Assembly: GCA_028700905.1 (NCBI GenBank)
Contig: JAQVRT010000025.1
Location: 1 to 10,199, forward strand
Length of the DNA stretch: 10,199 bases
Direction: 5' to 3'
Origin: Candidatus Iainarchaeum sp.
GTDB taxonomy: Archaea; Iainarchaeota; Iainarchaeia; Iainarchaeales; CSSED10-239
Shown: positions 1-7,113 of the stretch, piece after piece
Layout: each line of letters opens with the position of its first letter
Numbering within the stretch: position 1 is the first letter of the stretch
Program-made: the position numbers and the translations under genes
The notes under the pieces: model-generated
What the model was told of the DNA's origin: nothing
What the model saw: only the letters and a program-made list of their open reading frames with translations
The model's database searches: none

Positions 1-1
1 T

Positions 2-1078
2 AAATTAACTGAAACAAAAGAGCATGTAGATAAAGAGCTTTCAAGCCTTTCTTTAAACCTAAATAATTCTTTAGAAAAAATAAAAGAAAAAGAAGAACAA
101 TTAAATCTTTTAAAAATAAAAGAAAAAACTTTGGAAAAAAATTCCTTAATTGAAAAGCAAATTGAACAATTAAATAAACTTCTTTTAGAAAATACTTCTT
201 TAAAAGAAAAGTCCCTAACTGAAATTAATTCTCTAGATAAAATAGAAGATCTCTCATCTTTAGAAAAAGAAATTTTAAAAGAAAAAGAAACCCTTTCTCT
301 TAAAAAAGAACTTTTAAAAATTTCTGAAAAAATAAAAGAAGTTTCTGAAAAATTAGTCTTACAAAAAGAAGAACTTTCAAAAATAAACTTTTCTCAAGAA
401 GAATATCTAAATCTTTTAACAGATTATAAAGCTTTAGAAAATAATTTTATGCAAATAAAAGAATCCTTAACAAACTATAAATCCTTAAAAGAAACTTTAA
501 AAAAGCAATTAGAAAACCTAACCTCTCTTTCAAAACAAAAAGAAGAAGTTAATCTTTCTTTTACAAAAATAAATAGAAAAAAACAAGATCTTTCTTATTT
601 TTTAAAAGCCATTGATAATAGTCAACTGCAGTTAAGAAAAGTTTTAATAGATAACATAAATCAAGCTCTTTCAATCATCTGGCCAAAAGTATATCCTTAC
701 AAAGATTATTTGTCAGCAAGATTAAATGCAGATAACGATTATATCTTAGAAGTTTTAACTTTAAAAAATAACTGGATAAGGGTTGAAGGTTTATTAAGTG
801 GAGGAGAAAGGGCTTGTGCTTCTCTTTCCATAAGGATTGCAATTTCTTTAATCTTAACTAAAAAATTAGGTCTTTTAATTCTTGATGAACCTACACATAA
901 TTTAGATGAAAAATCAATAGAGGCTTTATCAAATGTTTTAGAAGAAGAGCTTCCTGACCTTGTAGAACAAATATTTATTGTAACTCATGATAACAAGCTT
1001 CTTGAAACTGTTAATGCAACTAAGTTTATAATTGAGAGAGATAAAGAAAACGATTCTGCTTCAAAAGTTAATTTTTAA
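2..1078 (+). CDS. rad50: Rad50 DNA double-strand break repair ATPase, C-terminal part (5'-partial; the reading frame is open from position 2, so the TTG at 131 in the ORF track is not the real start)
   Basis: The frame is open from the window edge. A long K/E/L-rich heptad-like coiled-coil region is followed by the C-terminal ABC ATPase lobe. That lobe has the signature motif LSGGE (794-808), Walker B LLILDE (872-889), D-loop PTHNLD and H-loop VTHD. It stops at TAA 1076-1078. No CxxC zinc hook is visible, so it is presumably upstream of the window. Confidence 0.9.
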   Translation, partial: KLTETKEHVDKELSSLSLNLNNSLEKIKEKEEQLNLLKIKEKTLEKNSLIEKQIEQLNKLLLENTSLKEKSLTEINSLDKIEDLSSLEKEILKEKETLSLKKELLKISEKIKEVSEKLVLQKEELSKINFSQEEYLNLLTDYKALENNFMQIKESLTNYKSLKETLKKQLENLTSLSKQKEEVNLSFTKINRKKQDLSYFLKAIDNSQLQLRKVLIDNINQALSIIWPKVYPYKDYLSARLNADNDYILEVLTLKNNWIRVEGLLSGGERACASLSIRIAISLILTKKLGLLILDEPTHNLDEKSIEALSNVLEEELPDLVEQIFIVTHDNKLLETVNATKFIIERDKENDSASKVNF

Positions 1079-1101
1079 AGATTTTATTAAAAATAACCTC
1101 A

Positions 1102-1109
1102 TTTTTAAA
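1102..1109 (+). promoter_or_regulatory. Candidate archaeal TATA box for a leaderless priS transcript
   Basis: TTTTTAAA is centred about 27 nt upstream of the priS ATG (1132), and no Shine-Dalgarno motif lies in the 53-nt gap. Caveat: TATA-like strings are frequent in DNA this AT-rich. Confidence 0.3.
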
Positions 1110-1131
1110 CATTTTTATCTATATATTATTT

Positions 1132-2382
1132 ATGTCTTATATCCCTGATTTTCATAAGATTAAATACTTTACAGAAAAGTTTAAAGAATACTATCAAAAT
1201 AATTATATCTCTTGTATATTGGATGTTTCAAAAAGAGAGTTTGGGATAGGAACTATACAATCTAAAATTAGTCAAAGACATTTATCTTTTGTATCTTTAG
1301 AAGATTTTAATAATTATTTAAGAATTACTCCTCCTTTTTATGTTTCTTATTCAACTAGTTATTTTAAATATCCAGATAGAAGACCAATGGATAATAAAAT
1401 ATGGGAAGGTTCAGACATTGTCTATGAGTTTGATTCTGATGATTATGATCTGCCATGCCATGATAGACATAATACCTGGCAATGTACAAGTGAAGAATGT
1501 AATGAATGGGGTTATGGAAACTTAGTAGAATGCCCTAAATGTTTTTCAAAAACCAAGATTACAGAATGGACTTGTGATGAATGTTTAGGAAAAGCAAAAG
1601 AAGATACCTTAAGATTAGTTGATTTTTTAGAAAAAGAATTTAAATTAAATCCAGCAAGCTTTATTATTAGTTTTTCAGGTGCTAAAGGGTATCATGTAAG
1701 AATAACTGATAGAACAATAATTTCTTTATCTAAACCTGCAAGACTACAGATGATGAACTATATTTTAGCAAATGATTTAGAGCTTGAAAAATTAGGTTTT
1801 ATAAAACAGAAAAAACTTTGGAAAATACCGCCTGTAAAAGAAGCAGCTGGATGGTCTAAAAAAATTATAATGGGTATTATTGATGTGTTTTCTTATGATG
1901 AAAAAAAGCTTATTAATTTATTTGGACTTTCTCCAAAAAAAGCAAAACTTTTAAAGGATACAAAAGAAGATATTTTAAATAAGATGTATCATAATAATAT
2001 ATTAGTTGCTGATTTTTCTTCAAGTGATAAATTTTTTGAAGATGTTATAAATCATGTAATAAATAAAACAAGACTTAAAATAGACCCTCAATCATCTTCA
2101 GATATTTTTAAGATAATGAGGGTTCCAGATACTATTCATGGTGGTACTGGTTTTTTATCTACATATATTAAGACAAAAGAAGATTTAATAAATTTTGATC
2201 CTTTTAAAGATCCTGTTGTTTTAGGTAACATGGATTTAAAAAAAATAAAATTATTAAAACCAACACCTAAATTTAGAATAATTGACCAATATTATGGTCC
2301 TTATAATAAAGATGAGGTTTTAAAACTTCCAGAAAAAGTATCAATGTTTTTAGTTCTTAAAGGGGTGGCAAATTTTGAGTGA
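1132..2382 (+). CDS. priS: DNA primase small (catalytic) subunit PriS
   Basis: Archaeo-eukaryotic primase motifs are present: catalytic acidic motif YEFDSDD (DSD at 1432-1440), a Cys/His zinc-knuckle region (1456-1584), SFSGAKGYHVRI, and RVPDTIHGGTGF. The length of 416 aa is plausible for PriS with its helical insertion domain. Confidence 0.93.
   Translation: MSYIPDFHKIKYFTEKFKEYYQNNYISCILDVSKREFGIGTIQSKISQRHLSFVSLEDFNNYLRITPPFYVSYSTSYFKYPDRRPMDNKIWEGSDIVYEFDSDDYDLPCHDRHNTWQCTSEECNEWGYGNLVECPKCFSKTKITEWTCDECLGKAKEDTLRLVDFLEKEFKLNPASFIISFSGAKGYHVRITDRTIISLSKPARLQMMNYILANDLELEKLGFIKQKKLWKIPPVKEAAGWSKKIIMGIIDVFSYDEKKLINLFGLSPKKAKLLKDTKEDILNKMYHNNILVADFSSSDKFFEDVINHVINKTRLKIDPQSSSDIFKIMRVPDTIHGGTGFLSTYIKTKEDLINFDPFKDPVVLGNMDLKKIKLLKPTPKFRIIDQYYGPYNKDEVLKLPEKVSMFLVLKGVANFE
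2362..2368 (+). promoter_or_regulatory. Shine-Dalgarno-like motif (GGGGTGG) for the GINS gene
   Basis: It matches the GGTG core complementary to the archaeal 16S 3' end and lies 6 nt upstream of the TTG start at 2375, inside the 3' end of priS. Confidence 0.45.
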
Positions 2383-2941
2383 AGATTATAGTTTAGATTA
2401 CGATGAATTAAGAAAAATTTATAGACTTGAAACAAAGTCTCCCAAACTTACAAAATTAAATACTGATTTTTATAAGGAGCTTAAAAAATTTCTTTCAGAT
2501 GAAAGAAAAAAATATACTTCAGAGATTGAAGAGTCTTTTTCTCATGCAACTATAAAAAAGTTTGAAACTTTAAAAAAAATGGTTGAAAAAATAAGAGAAA
2601 TAAGAATGAAAAAATGTCTTAACCTTTGTTTAATGTATAGTAGAACAAATGATTTTGAAGAAGAAGGTTTAATTGATTTTGAAATTGATTTTGCAAAAGG
2701 TGTGATTAAATTAATTGATAAACAAACAGAATTTTCTCAAAATATTTTTGGAGTTTCTAAAAAGACTAAAAAGATTGAAAATCAAAATCTTTGTAAAGTA
2801 AAATTTTTAGAAGAAGTTCCTACATTTATAGGTGCTGATTTAAAGGAATATGGTCCTTTTGAAAAAGAACAGGTTTGTGAGATTCCTGAAGATATGATTA
2901 AAATATTAGAATCAAAAAATCTTATTAAAAAAATAGATTAA
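2375..2941 (+). CDS. gins51: GINS complex subunit, Gins51 (Gins15) type
   Basis: It overlaps the priS stop by 8 nt (TTG start). The N-terminal half is helical with the typical L..L...E......L..L...FY..L..FL pattern. The small C-terminal domain KVKFLEEVPTFIGADLKEYGPFEKEQVCEIPEDMIKILESKNLI resembles the Gins51 B-domain. The A-then-B domain order and the ~188-aa size fit Gins51, and the priS-gins15 gene pair is a known conserved archaeal linkage. The call rests on remembered motif patterns, not a computed alignment. Confidence 0.7.
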   Translation: MSEDYSLDYDELRKIYRLETKSPKLTKLNTDFYKELKKFLSDERKKYTSEIEESFSHATIKKFETLKKMVEKIREIRMKKCLNLCLMYSRTNDFEEEGLIDFEIDFAKGVIKLIDKQTEFSQNIFGVSKKTKKIENQNLCKVKFLEEVPTFIGADLKEYGPFEKEQVCEIPEDMIKILESKNLIKKID

Positions 2942-2958
2942 AAAAGAGTTGATAATTA

Positions 2959-3723
2959 ATGGTTGATTTTCCAAATATAAACGATGTTGTAATTTGTAAA
3001 GTTACAAAAATAACTGATTTTGGTGTTTTTGCAGAGCTTTTAGAGTATGATAATATGGAAGGTTTTGTACACATTTCACAAATTTCATCTACTTGGATTA
3101 AAAACATTCATAATCATGTAAAACAAAATCAAATAAGAGCTGCTAAAGTTTTAAAAGTTGATGAAGAAAAAAAACATATTGATATATCTTTCAGTAGAAT
3201 TACAGATGCTGATGAAAAAAGAAAAATTTCTGAATATAGATTATTTTTAAGAGCTCAAAGTCTTTTAGGGGTAATAGCTCAAGAGATTGGAGAATCACAA
3301 GAAAAAATTTGGGAAGAAGTTGCAGATCCAATTATTGAAGAAGAAAATTCTTTATATAAAGGATTTTTAAATATTTTAAAGCATGGAGGAGATTATTATT
3401 CTCAAATTGATCCTAAATATCATAAAGTTTTATTTGAGATTTTAGATAAAAATATTACTTTAAAAGACAAAGATATTTTAGGGATAATGACAATTACTTC
3501 AAGTAATTCTAGTGGTTTTGAAAATATTAAAAAAGTACTTTCTGAGGTAACAGATAAATATCCTGACTGTAGAATACTTTATTTAGGCCCTGGTAAATAT
3601 GAACTTAAAGTAACTTCTAAAGAATTTAAAACTTCTGCAAAAAAATTTGATTTAATTGTGGATGAAATTTCTAAAGGATTAAAAAAACATGCTTCTTTTG
3701 AAGTTGTTAAAAAAGATTCTTAA
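2959..3723 (+). CDS. eif2a: Translation initiation factor aIF2 alpha subunit
   Basis: The N-terminal S1/OB domain reads FPNINDVVICKVTKITDFGVFAELLEYDNMEGFVHISQISSTWIKNIHNHVKQNQIRAAKVLKVDEEKKHIDISFSRI. It is followed by the helical and alpha-beta C-terminal domains. The 254-aa length is typical. Confidence 0.93.
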   Translation: MVDFPNINDVVICKVTKITDFGVFAELLEYDNMEGFVHISQISSTWIKNIHNHVKQNQIRAAKVLKVDEEKKHIDISFSRITDADEKRKISEYRLFLRAQSLLGVIAQEIGESQEKIWEEVADPIIEEENSLYKGFLNILKHGGDYYSQIDPKYHKVLFEILDKNITLKDKDILGIMTITSSNSSGFENIKKVLSEVTDKYPDCRILYLGPGKYELKVTSKEFKTSAKKFDLIVDEISKGLKKHASFEVVKKDS

Positions 3724-3736
3724 ATGTTTATATAAA

Positions 3737-3741
3737 GGTGA
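3737..3741 (+). promoter_or_regulatory. Shine-Dalgarno motif GGTGA for the PAC2-family gene
   Basis: GGTGA lies 8 nt upstream of ATG 3750. The GTG start at 3738 in the ORF track lies inside this motif, which argues for the ATG. A TTTATATA string at 3727-3734 is also present but is only ~20 nt from the ATG. Confidence 0.5.
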
Positions 3742-3749
3742 GTTGTAAT

Positions 3750-4556
3750 ATGGTTACTGAAATAAAATTAATTAAAAATATAAAAACTTTAAAAAATCCA
3801 GTTCTTTTTGTAGGGCTTCCTGGAATCGGTTTAGTTGGAAAAATATCTGTGGATTATTTAATTAAAGAATTATCTCCAAAACCAACATTGATTGGAAAAA
3901 TATTTTCTGATTCTTTTCCTCCTGCAGTTCATGAAAAGAATTCTGTTTTAGAACTTATCTATGATGAAATTTATTTATATAAAACAAAAACAAAAGATTT
4001 TTTATTCATCGCAGGCCCAGTTCAACCTCCTTTAACAAATACAATTAATAGCGATCAACATTATGAATTTTCAGAAAAAATTGCATTATTTGCAAAAAAG
4101 CATAAAATTAAAGAGATATATACTTTTGCAGGTCTTAATATAGGGGATAAAAGAATAACTTCTAAACCAAAAGTTATTTGTGTATCTACAGACTTAAAAA
4201 CTAAAGAAAATATTTTAAAAAAGAAAATTTCAAACCTTCATTTTCAAGATAAAGGACAAGATGCTTTAATCTCTGGAGTTGCAGGTTTACTATTAGGTAT
4301 TTCTTATGAGTCTTATAAAATCCCTGGTTGTTGTTTAATGGGAGAGACAAATAGTAAATTAACCTATGGAGACCCTTCTTCTGCAAAACAAGTTTTAGAA
4401 GTTGTTGATTCTATATTTAAATTAAAAATTAATTTAAAAAAGATAGATGAAAGTGCAAAAAAGATAGAAAAATCTTTTAGTGAAATTTCTAAAAATCTAG
4501 AGGAAATTTCTCAAAAGCAAGAAGGTCCGTCAACTCAATCTAACTATATAAGATAA
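3750..4556 (+). CDS. PAC2-family proteasome assembly chaperone (archaeal PbaA/PbaB-like; formerly 'ATP-grasp superfamily' COG1938/COG2047)
   Basis: It carries the characteristic N-terminal motif LFVGLPGIGLVGKISVDYLIKEL, has a typical ~270-aa length, and ends in an acidic/K-rich helical tail. ATG 3750 is preferred over GTG 3738 because of the Shine-Dalgarno spacing. Confidence 0.85.
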   Translation: MVTEIKLIKNIKTLKNPVLFVGLPGIGLVGKISVDYLIKELSPKPTLIGKIFSDSFPPAVHEKNSVLELIYDEIYLYKTKTKDFLFIAGPVQPPLTNTINSDQHYEFSEKIALFAKKHKIKEIYTFAGLNIGDKRITSKPKVICVSTDLKTKENILKKKISNLHFQDKGQDALISGVAGLLLGISYESYKIPGCCLMGETNSKLTYGDPSSAKQVLEVVDSIFKLKINLKKIDESAKKIEKSFSEISKNLEEISQKQEGPSTQSNYIR

Positions 4557-4564
4557 TTTTTAAT

Positions 4565-4569
4565 GGTGA
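4565..4569 (+). promoter_or_regulatory. Shine-Dalgarno motif GGTGA for herA
   Basis: GGTGA lies 9 nt upstream of ATG 4579 in a 22-nt intergenic gap. Confidence 0.5.
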
Positions 4570-4578
4570 AAAATAAAT

Positions 4579-6126
4579 ATGGTCTTTAAAGAAAATGAAC
4601 TTGGAATTGTTGTTTCAACAATGGATTCTCCTTCAACTTCAAAGATCACTTTTGTGTGTACCAAAAAAGTTTATAAAGGACAATATGTTCAAATAGATTA
4701 TTCTCAAGGTAGTTTAATTGGGCTTGTAACAGATGTATCTTCTCAAAATAGGTATTTTGAAAATAATGAGTCTGTAAAAGAATTTGAAAGTTCTGATTAT
4801 AATATCAATGATCAATTTCCAACAAGTGATTGGGAATTTTTACTTGCAAATATAAAGCCTTTAGGAGTTCTTTCAAAAGAAAATTTTTTTGTAAGATCAA
4901 CACTTCCAGTATCTCCTGGATCTAAAGTTTCAATTTGTGAAAAAGAAGTTTTATTTAAATTTCTTCATTTAAAAAAGAACGGGCTTAATCTTGGACAAAT
5001 TGAATTCCCTACTCTTCCTGTTACTTTTTGTATGGATAGACTTTTACAAAAACATTTAGCAATTTTAGCACAATCTGGGGCAGGAAAAAGTTATTTAACT
5101 TCTGTTGTTTTAGAAGAACTTTTAGACAGAACTAAAGAAGATGGTCAAGTTGCAGTTTTATTATTTGATGTTCATGGAGAGTATTCTCATTTTTCACATC
5201 CAGTAAAAGATTCTTCTGAATATAAAGATTATTCTTCAAAGACAATAAAGATTAATTCTTTTGAAATAAAGATTGGTGTTTCTACTCTCTCTTTAAATTT
5301 CTTTTCTTCTCTTTTACCGTCTCTTAGTTCTGCACAAAAACGTGAACTTGGAAGTGTTTTAAAAAAATTAACTGAAGATAAAAAAAATGGTTTAGGTCCT
5401 TTTGATCTAAAAGACATTATTAAAGAAATAGAAAGACAAGAAGTTAAAGAAAATGTTTCAAAACCTTTAATTAATGCTTTAGGTGAACTTTTAGATTATA
5501 ATCTTTTTGCAAAAATTGATTCTCCTTCAATTTTTGATATTGTAAAACCTGGAAAATTAACAATTATTGATTTATCCAGAGAAATAAATCTTAAAAAGAA
5601 ACAATTAATACTTTATTATTTTGCACATAAACTTTTTTATTCAAGAACCAATCCTTCTTTAAATGTACCTCCATTTCTTTTAGTTGTTGAAGAAGCTCAT
5701 CAATTTGCTCCTGAAAGTGCAAGTAAAGATAGAGCTATGGCAAAATCAATCTTAGAGACTATTGCAAGAGAAGGGCGAAAGTTTGGATCTTGTCTTTGTT
5801 TAATTTCTCAAAGACCAGTTAAATTATCTACAACTGTTCTTTCACAAGCAAATACCCATATAATTTTAAGAATAACTAATCCTTATGACTTAAAGCATAT
5901 AGGAGAATCATCTGAAGGACTTGATTCTAAATCTGTAGAAATGATAAGTTCTTTAAGAGTTGGAGAAGCATTAGTTGTTGGTGAAGCTTCATCTTATCCT
6001 GTGTTTTTTAAAGTTAGAAAAAAATATTCTCAAGATTCTCATTTAGATGTTTCTCTTTCAGGTCTTGCTAAAAATTATTTAAAAAATTCTTCTAATCAAG
6101 ATAAAGATATTGAAGGTTTTTTATAG
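4579..6126 (+). CDS. herA: HerA-type hexameric DNA helicase/translocase (FtsK-HerA superfamily, DUF87)
   Basis: The N-terminal HAS-barrel-like segment is GIVVSTMDSPSTSKITFVCTKKVYKGQYVQIDYSQGSLIGLVTDV. Walker A is AQSGAGKS (5068-5091), Walker B is LLVVEEAHQFAP, and the conserved REGRKFG...LISQRP region is present. The 515-aa length is typical of archaeal HerA. It stops at TAG. Confidence 0.85.
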   Translation: MVFKENELGIVVSTMDSPSTSKITFVCTKKVYKGQYVQIDYSQGSLIGLVTDVSSQNRYFENNESVKEFESSDYNINDQFPTSDWEFLLANIKPLGVLSKENFFVRSTLPVSPGSKVSICEKEVLFKFLHLKKNGLNLGQIEFPTLPVTFCMDRLLQKHLAILAQSGAGKSYLTSVVLEELLDRTKEDGQVAVLLFDVHGEYSHFSHPVKDSSEYKDYSSKTIKINSFEIKIGVSTLSLNFFSSLLPSLSSAQKRELGSVLKKLTEDKKNGLGPFDLKDIIKEIERQEVKENVSKPLINALGELLDYNLFAKIDSPSIFDIVKPGKLTIIDLSREINLKKKQLILYYFAHKLFYSRTNPSLNVPPFLLVVEEAHQFAPESASKDRAMAKSILETIAREGRKFGSCLCLISQRPVKLSTTVLSQANTHIILRITNPYDLKHIGESSEGLDSKSVEMISSLRVGEALVVGEASSYPVFFKVRKKYSQDSHLDVSLSGLAKNYLKNSSNQDKDIEGFL

Positions 6127-6134
6127 CAAAGATG

Positions 6135-6145
6135 TTTTTATATAT
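6135..6145 (+). promoter_or_regulatory. Candidate TATA box for a leaderless phosphoribosyltransferase transcript
   Basis: TTTTTATATAT (core TTTATATA at 6137-6144) is centred ~28 nt upstream of ATG 6169. The 42-nt gap has no Shine-Dalgarno motif. The same AT-richness caveat applies. Confidence 0.35.
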
Positions 6146-6168
6146 CTTATGATATAATATTATATAGT

Positions 6169-6636
6169 ATGTACAAAGTATCGTGGACAGAGTTTGAAAG
6201 TCTAGCAATTGATCTTACTAAAAAGATTAAATCTTCAAATAAAAACTTTTCATTTATAGTTGGTGTTAGTAGAGGTGGTCTTTTATTATCAAGATTATTA
6301 TCTTCAACTTTAGATCTTCCAATGGGCGTTATTGCTGCAAAACATGTTGATGGAGTTTACCACGTTGATAATTATATTTCAACAATATATGATGTTGAAG
6401 GAGATATTCTTTTAGTTGATGATGTAATGGACCAAGCTTCTGTTAATGTAATTTCAAAAATTAATAAAAATTATAAAAATATAAATTCTATAACTTCGGC
6501 ATGTGTTTTTTATAAAGGTAAAGAAAAAAGTTTTAAACCAGATTTTTTTACAAGTAAAGTTGATGAATTTATAACCATTGTTTTTCCTTATCAAGAGAAA
6601 ACAATTTTAAAAAATTTTGAAAACTCTGAGGATTAA
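6169..6636 (+). CDS. Type I phosphoribosyltransferase, Gpt/purine-PRT-like
   Basis: It follows the E. coli Gpt-like layout: VSWTEFESLA...IVGVSRGGLLLSRLL, then the hydrophobic-DD PRPP motif ILLVDDVMD, then a C-terminal D.FI..VFPYQ. The 155-aa size fits the small Gpt family. The loop after the DD motif is atypical (see findings). Confidence 0.75.
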   Translation: MYKVSWTEFESLAIDLTKKIKSSNKNFSFIVGVSRGGLLLSRLLSSTLDLPMGVIAAKHVDGVYHVDNYISTIYDVEGDILLVDDVMDQASVNVISKINKNYKNINSITSACVFYKGKEKSFKPDFFTSKVDEFITIVFPYQEKTILKNFENSED

Positions 6637-6644
6637 GATAATTT

Positions 6645-7097
6645 ATGAAAAAAAAAGTATCAAATAAACAAAATTTAATAATAGCTTTATTAATTATTCT
6701 AATTATTTTAGTAATATTTTTTATTGCTATATTTTCTGCAAATATTTTATATAGTAATATAAAAGAAAATAATATAGATTATAACTTGACAATTTCACAA
6801 CTTGATCAAAATTCAGATGTTGTTGTAAATATGGGTAATGATGTTAATTTTTCTGAATTAAATGAATTTACTTTACCTGAAAGTGAACTTGTTAATGAAT
6901 ATTTAATCTCAAGTGAAAATATTTCAAATTTAAAAAATATATATTCTTTTTTATTTGATGAAGCCTTAGTTTCTTCTTATGGTTATCTTCAAACTGAAGA
7001 AGGCGATTATATTTTAGAATATAAAGATTATATTTTAGTTTTTAATAAAGATGAAAATCAAACTAAAAGTATTTGGAGAGTACAAAATTTAGAATAA
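6645..7097 (+). CDS. Hypothetical membrane-anchored protein (single N-terminal TM helix)
   Basis: The ORF starts 8 nt after the preceding stop. Its basic N-terminus MKKKVSNKQ is followed by a ~23-residue hydrophobic helix LIIALLIILIILVIFFIAIFSA, then an acidic N/S/E-rich ~110-aa domain. I recognise no family. Confidence 0.6.
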   Translation: MKKKVSNKQNLIIALLIILIILVIFFIAIFSANILYSNIKENNIDYNLTISQLDQNSDVVVNMGNDVNFSELNEFTLPESELVNEYLISSENISNLKNIYSFLFDEALVSSYGYLQTEEGDYILEYKDYILVFNKDENQTKSIWRVQNLE

Positions 7098-7113
7098 TTT
7101 TAATTTTTTAAAA

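Noticed and set aside
1-620. Nucleotide-level repetitiveness (recurring aaagaaaa / ttaaaa / cttt units) that could be taken for a tandem repeat or CRISPR-like array.
   Set aside because: There is no fixed-length repeat/spacer periodicity. The region is an uninterrupted reading frame encoding the K/E/L-rich coiled coil of Rad50, which explains the biased, quasi-repetitive codons.
1079-1131. Oligo-T tracts after rad50 (also after herA at 6135-6139 and after the membrane ORF at 7104-7109) as archaeal intrinsic terminators.
   Set aside because: T4-T6 runs are ubiquitous in this sequence, including inside genes, and these ones overlap the candidate TATA boxes. They are plausible but cannot be distinguished from background by eye.
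4579-6636. HerA-family ATPase next to a degenerate PRTase-fold protein as a possible two-gene defence system, by analogy with bacterial HerA-associated (Sir2-HerA, DUF4297-HerA) and PRTase-effector systems.
   Set aside because: The HerA has the classical repair-type architecture and sits in a housekeeping operon with a coupled Shine-Dalgarno start. The PRTase appears to have its own TATA-like promoter and is a small Gpt-like protein with no effector fusion. No other defence-island hallmarks are present, such as integrases, a composition shift or strand switches. Adjacency is most simply explained by genome compaction.
6645-6760. N-terminus of the 150-aa protein as an archaeal class III (type IV pilin-like) signal peptide.
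   Set aside because: No G/A/S at a plausible -1 position lies directly ahead of the hydrophobic stretch (the sequence is ...VSNKQNLII...), and there are no neighbouring pilus or archaellum assembly genes. A simple signal anchor is the more conservative reading.
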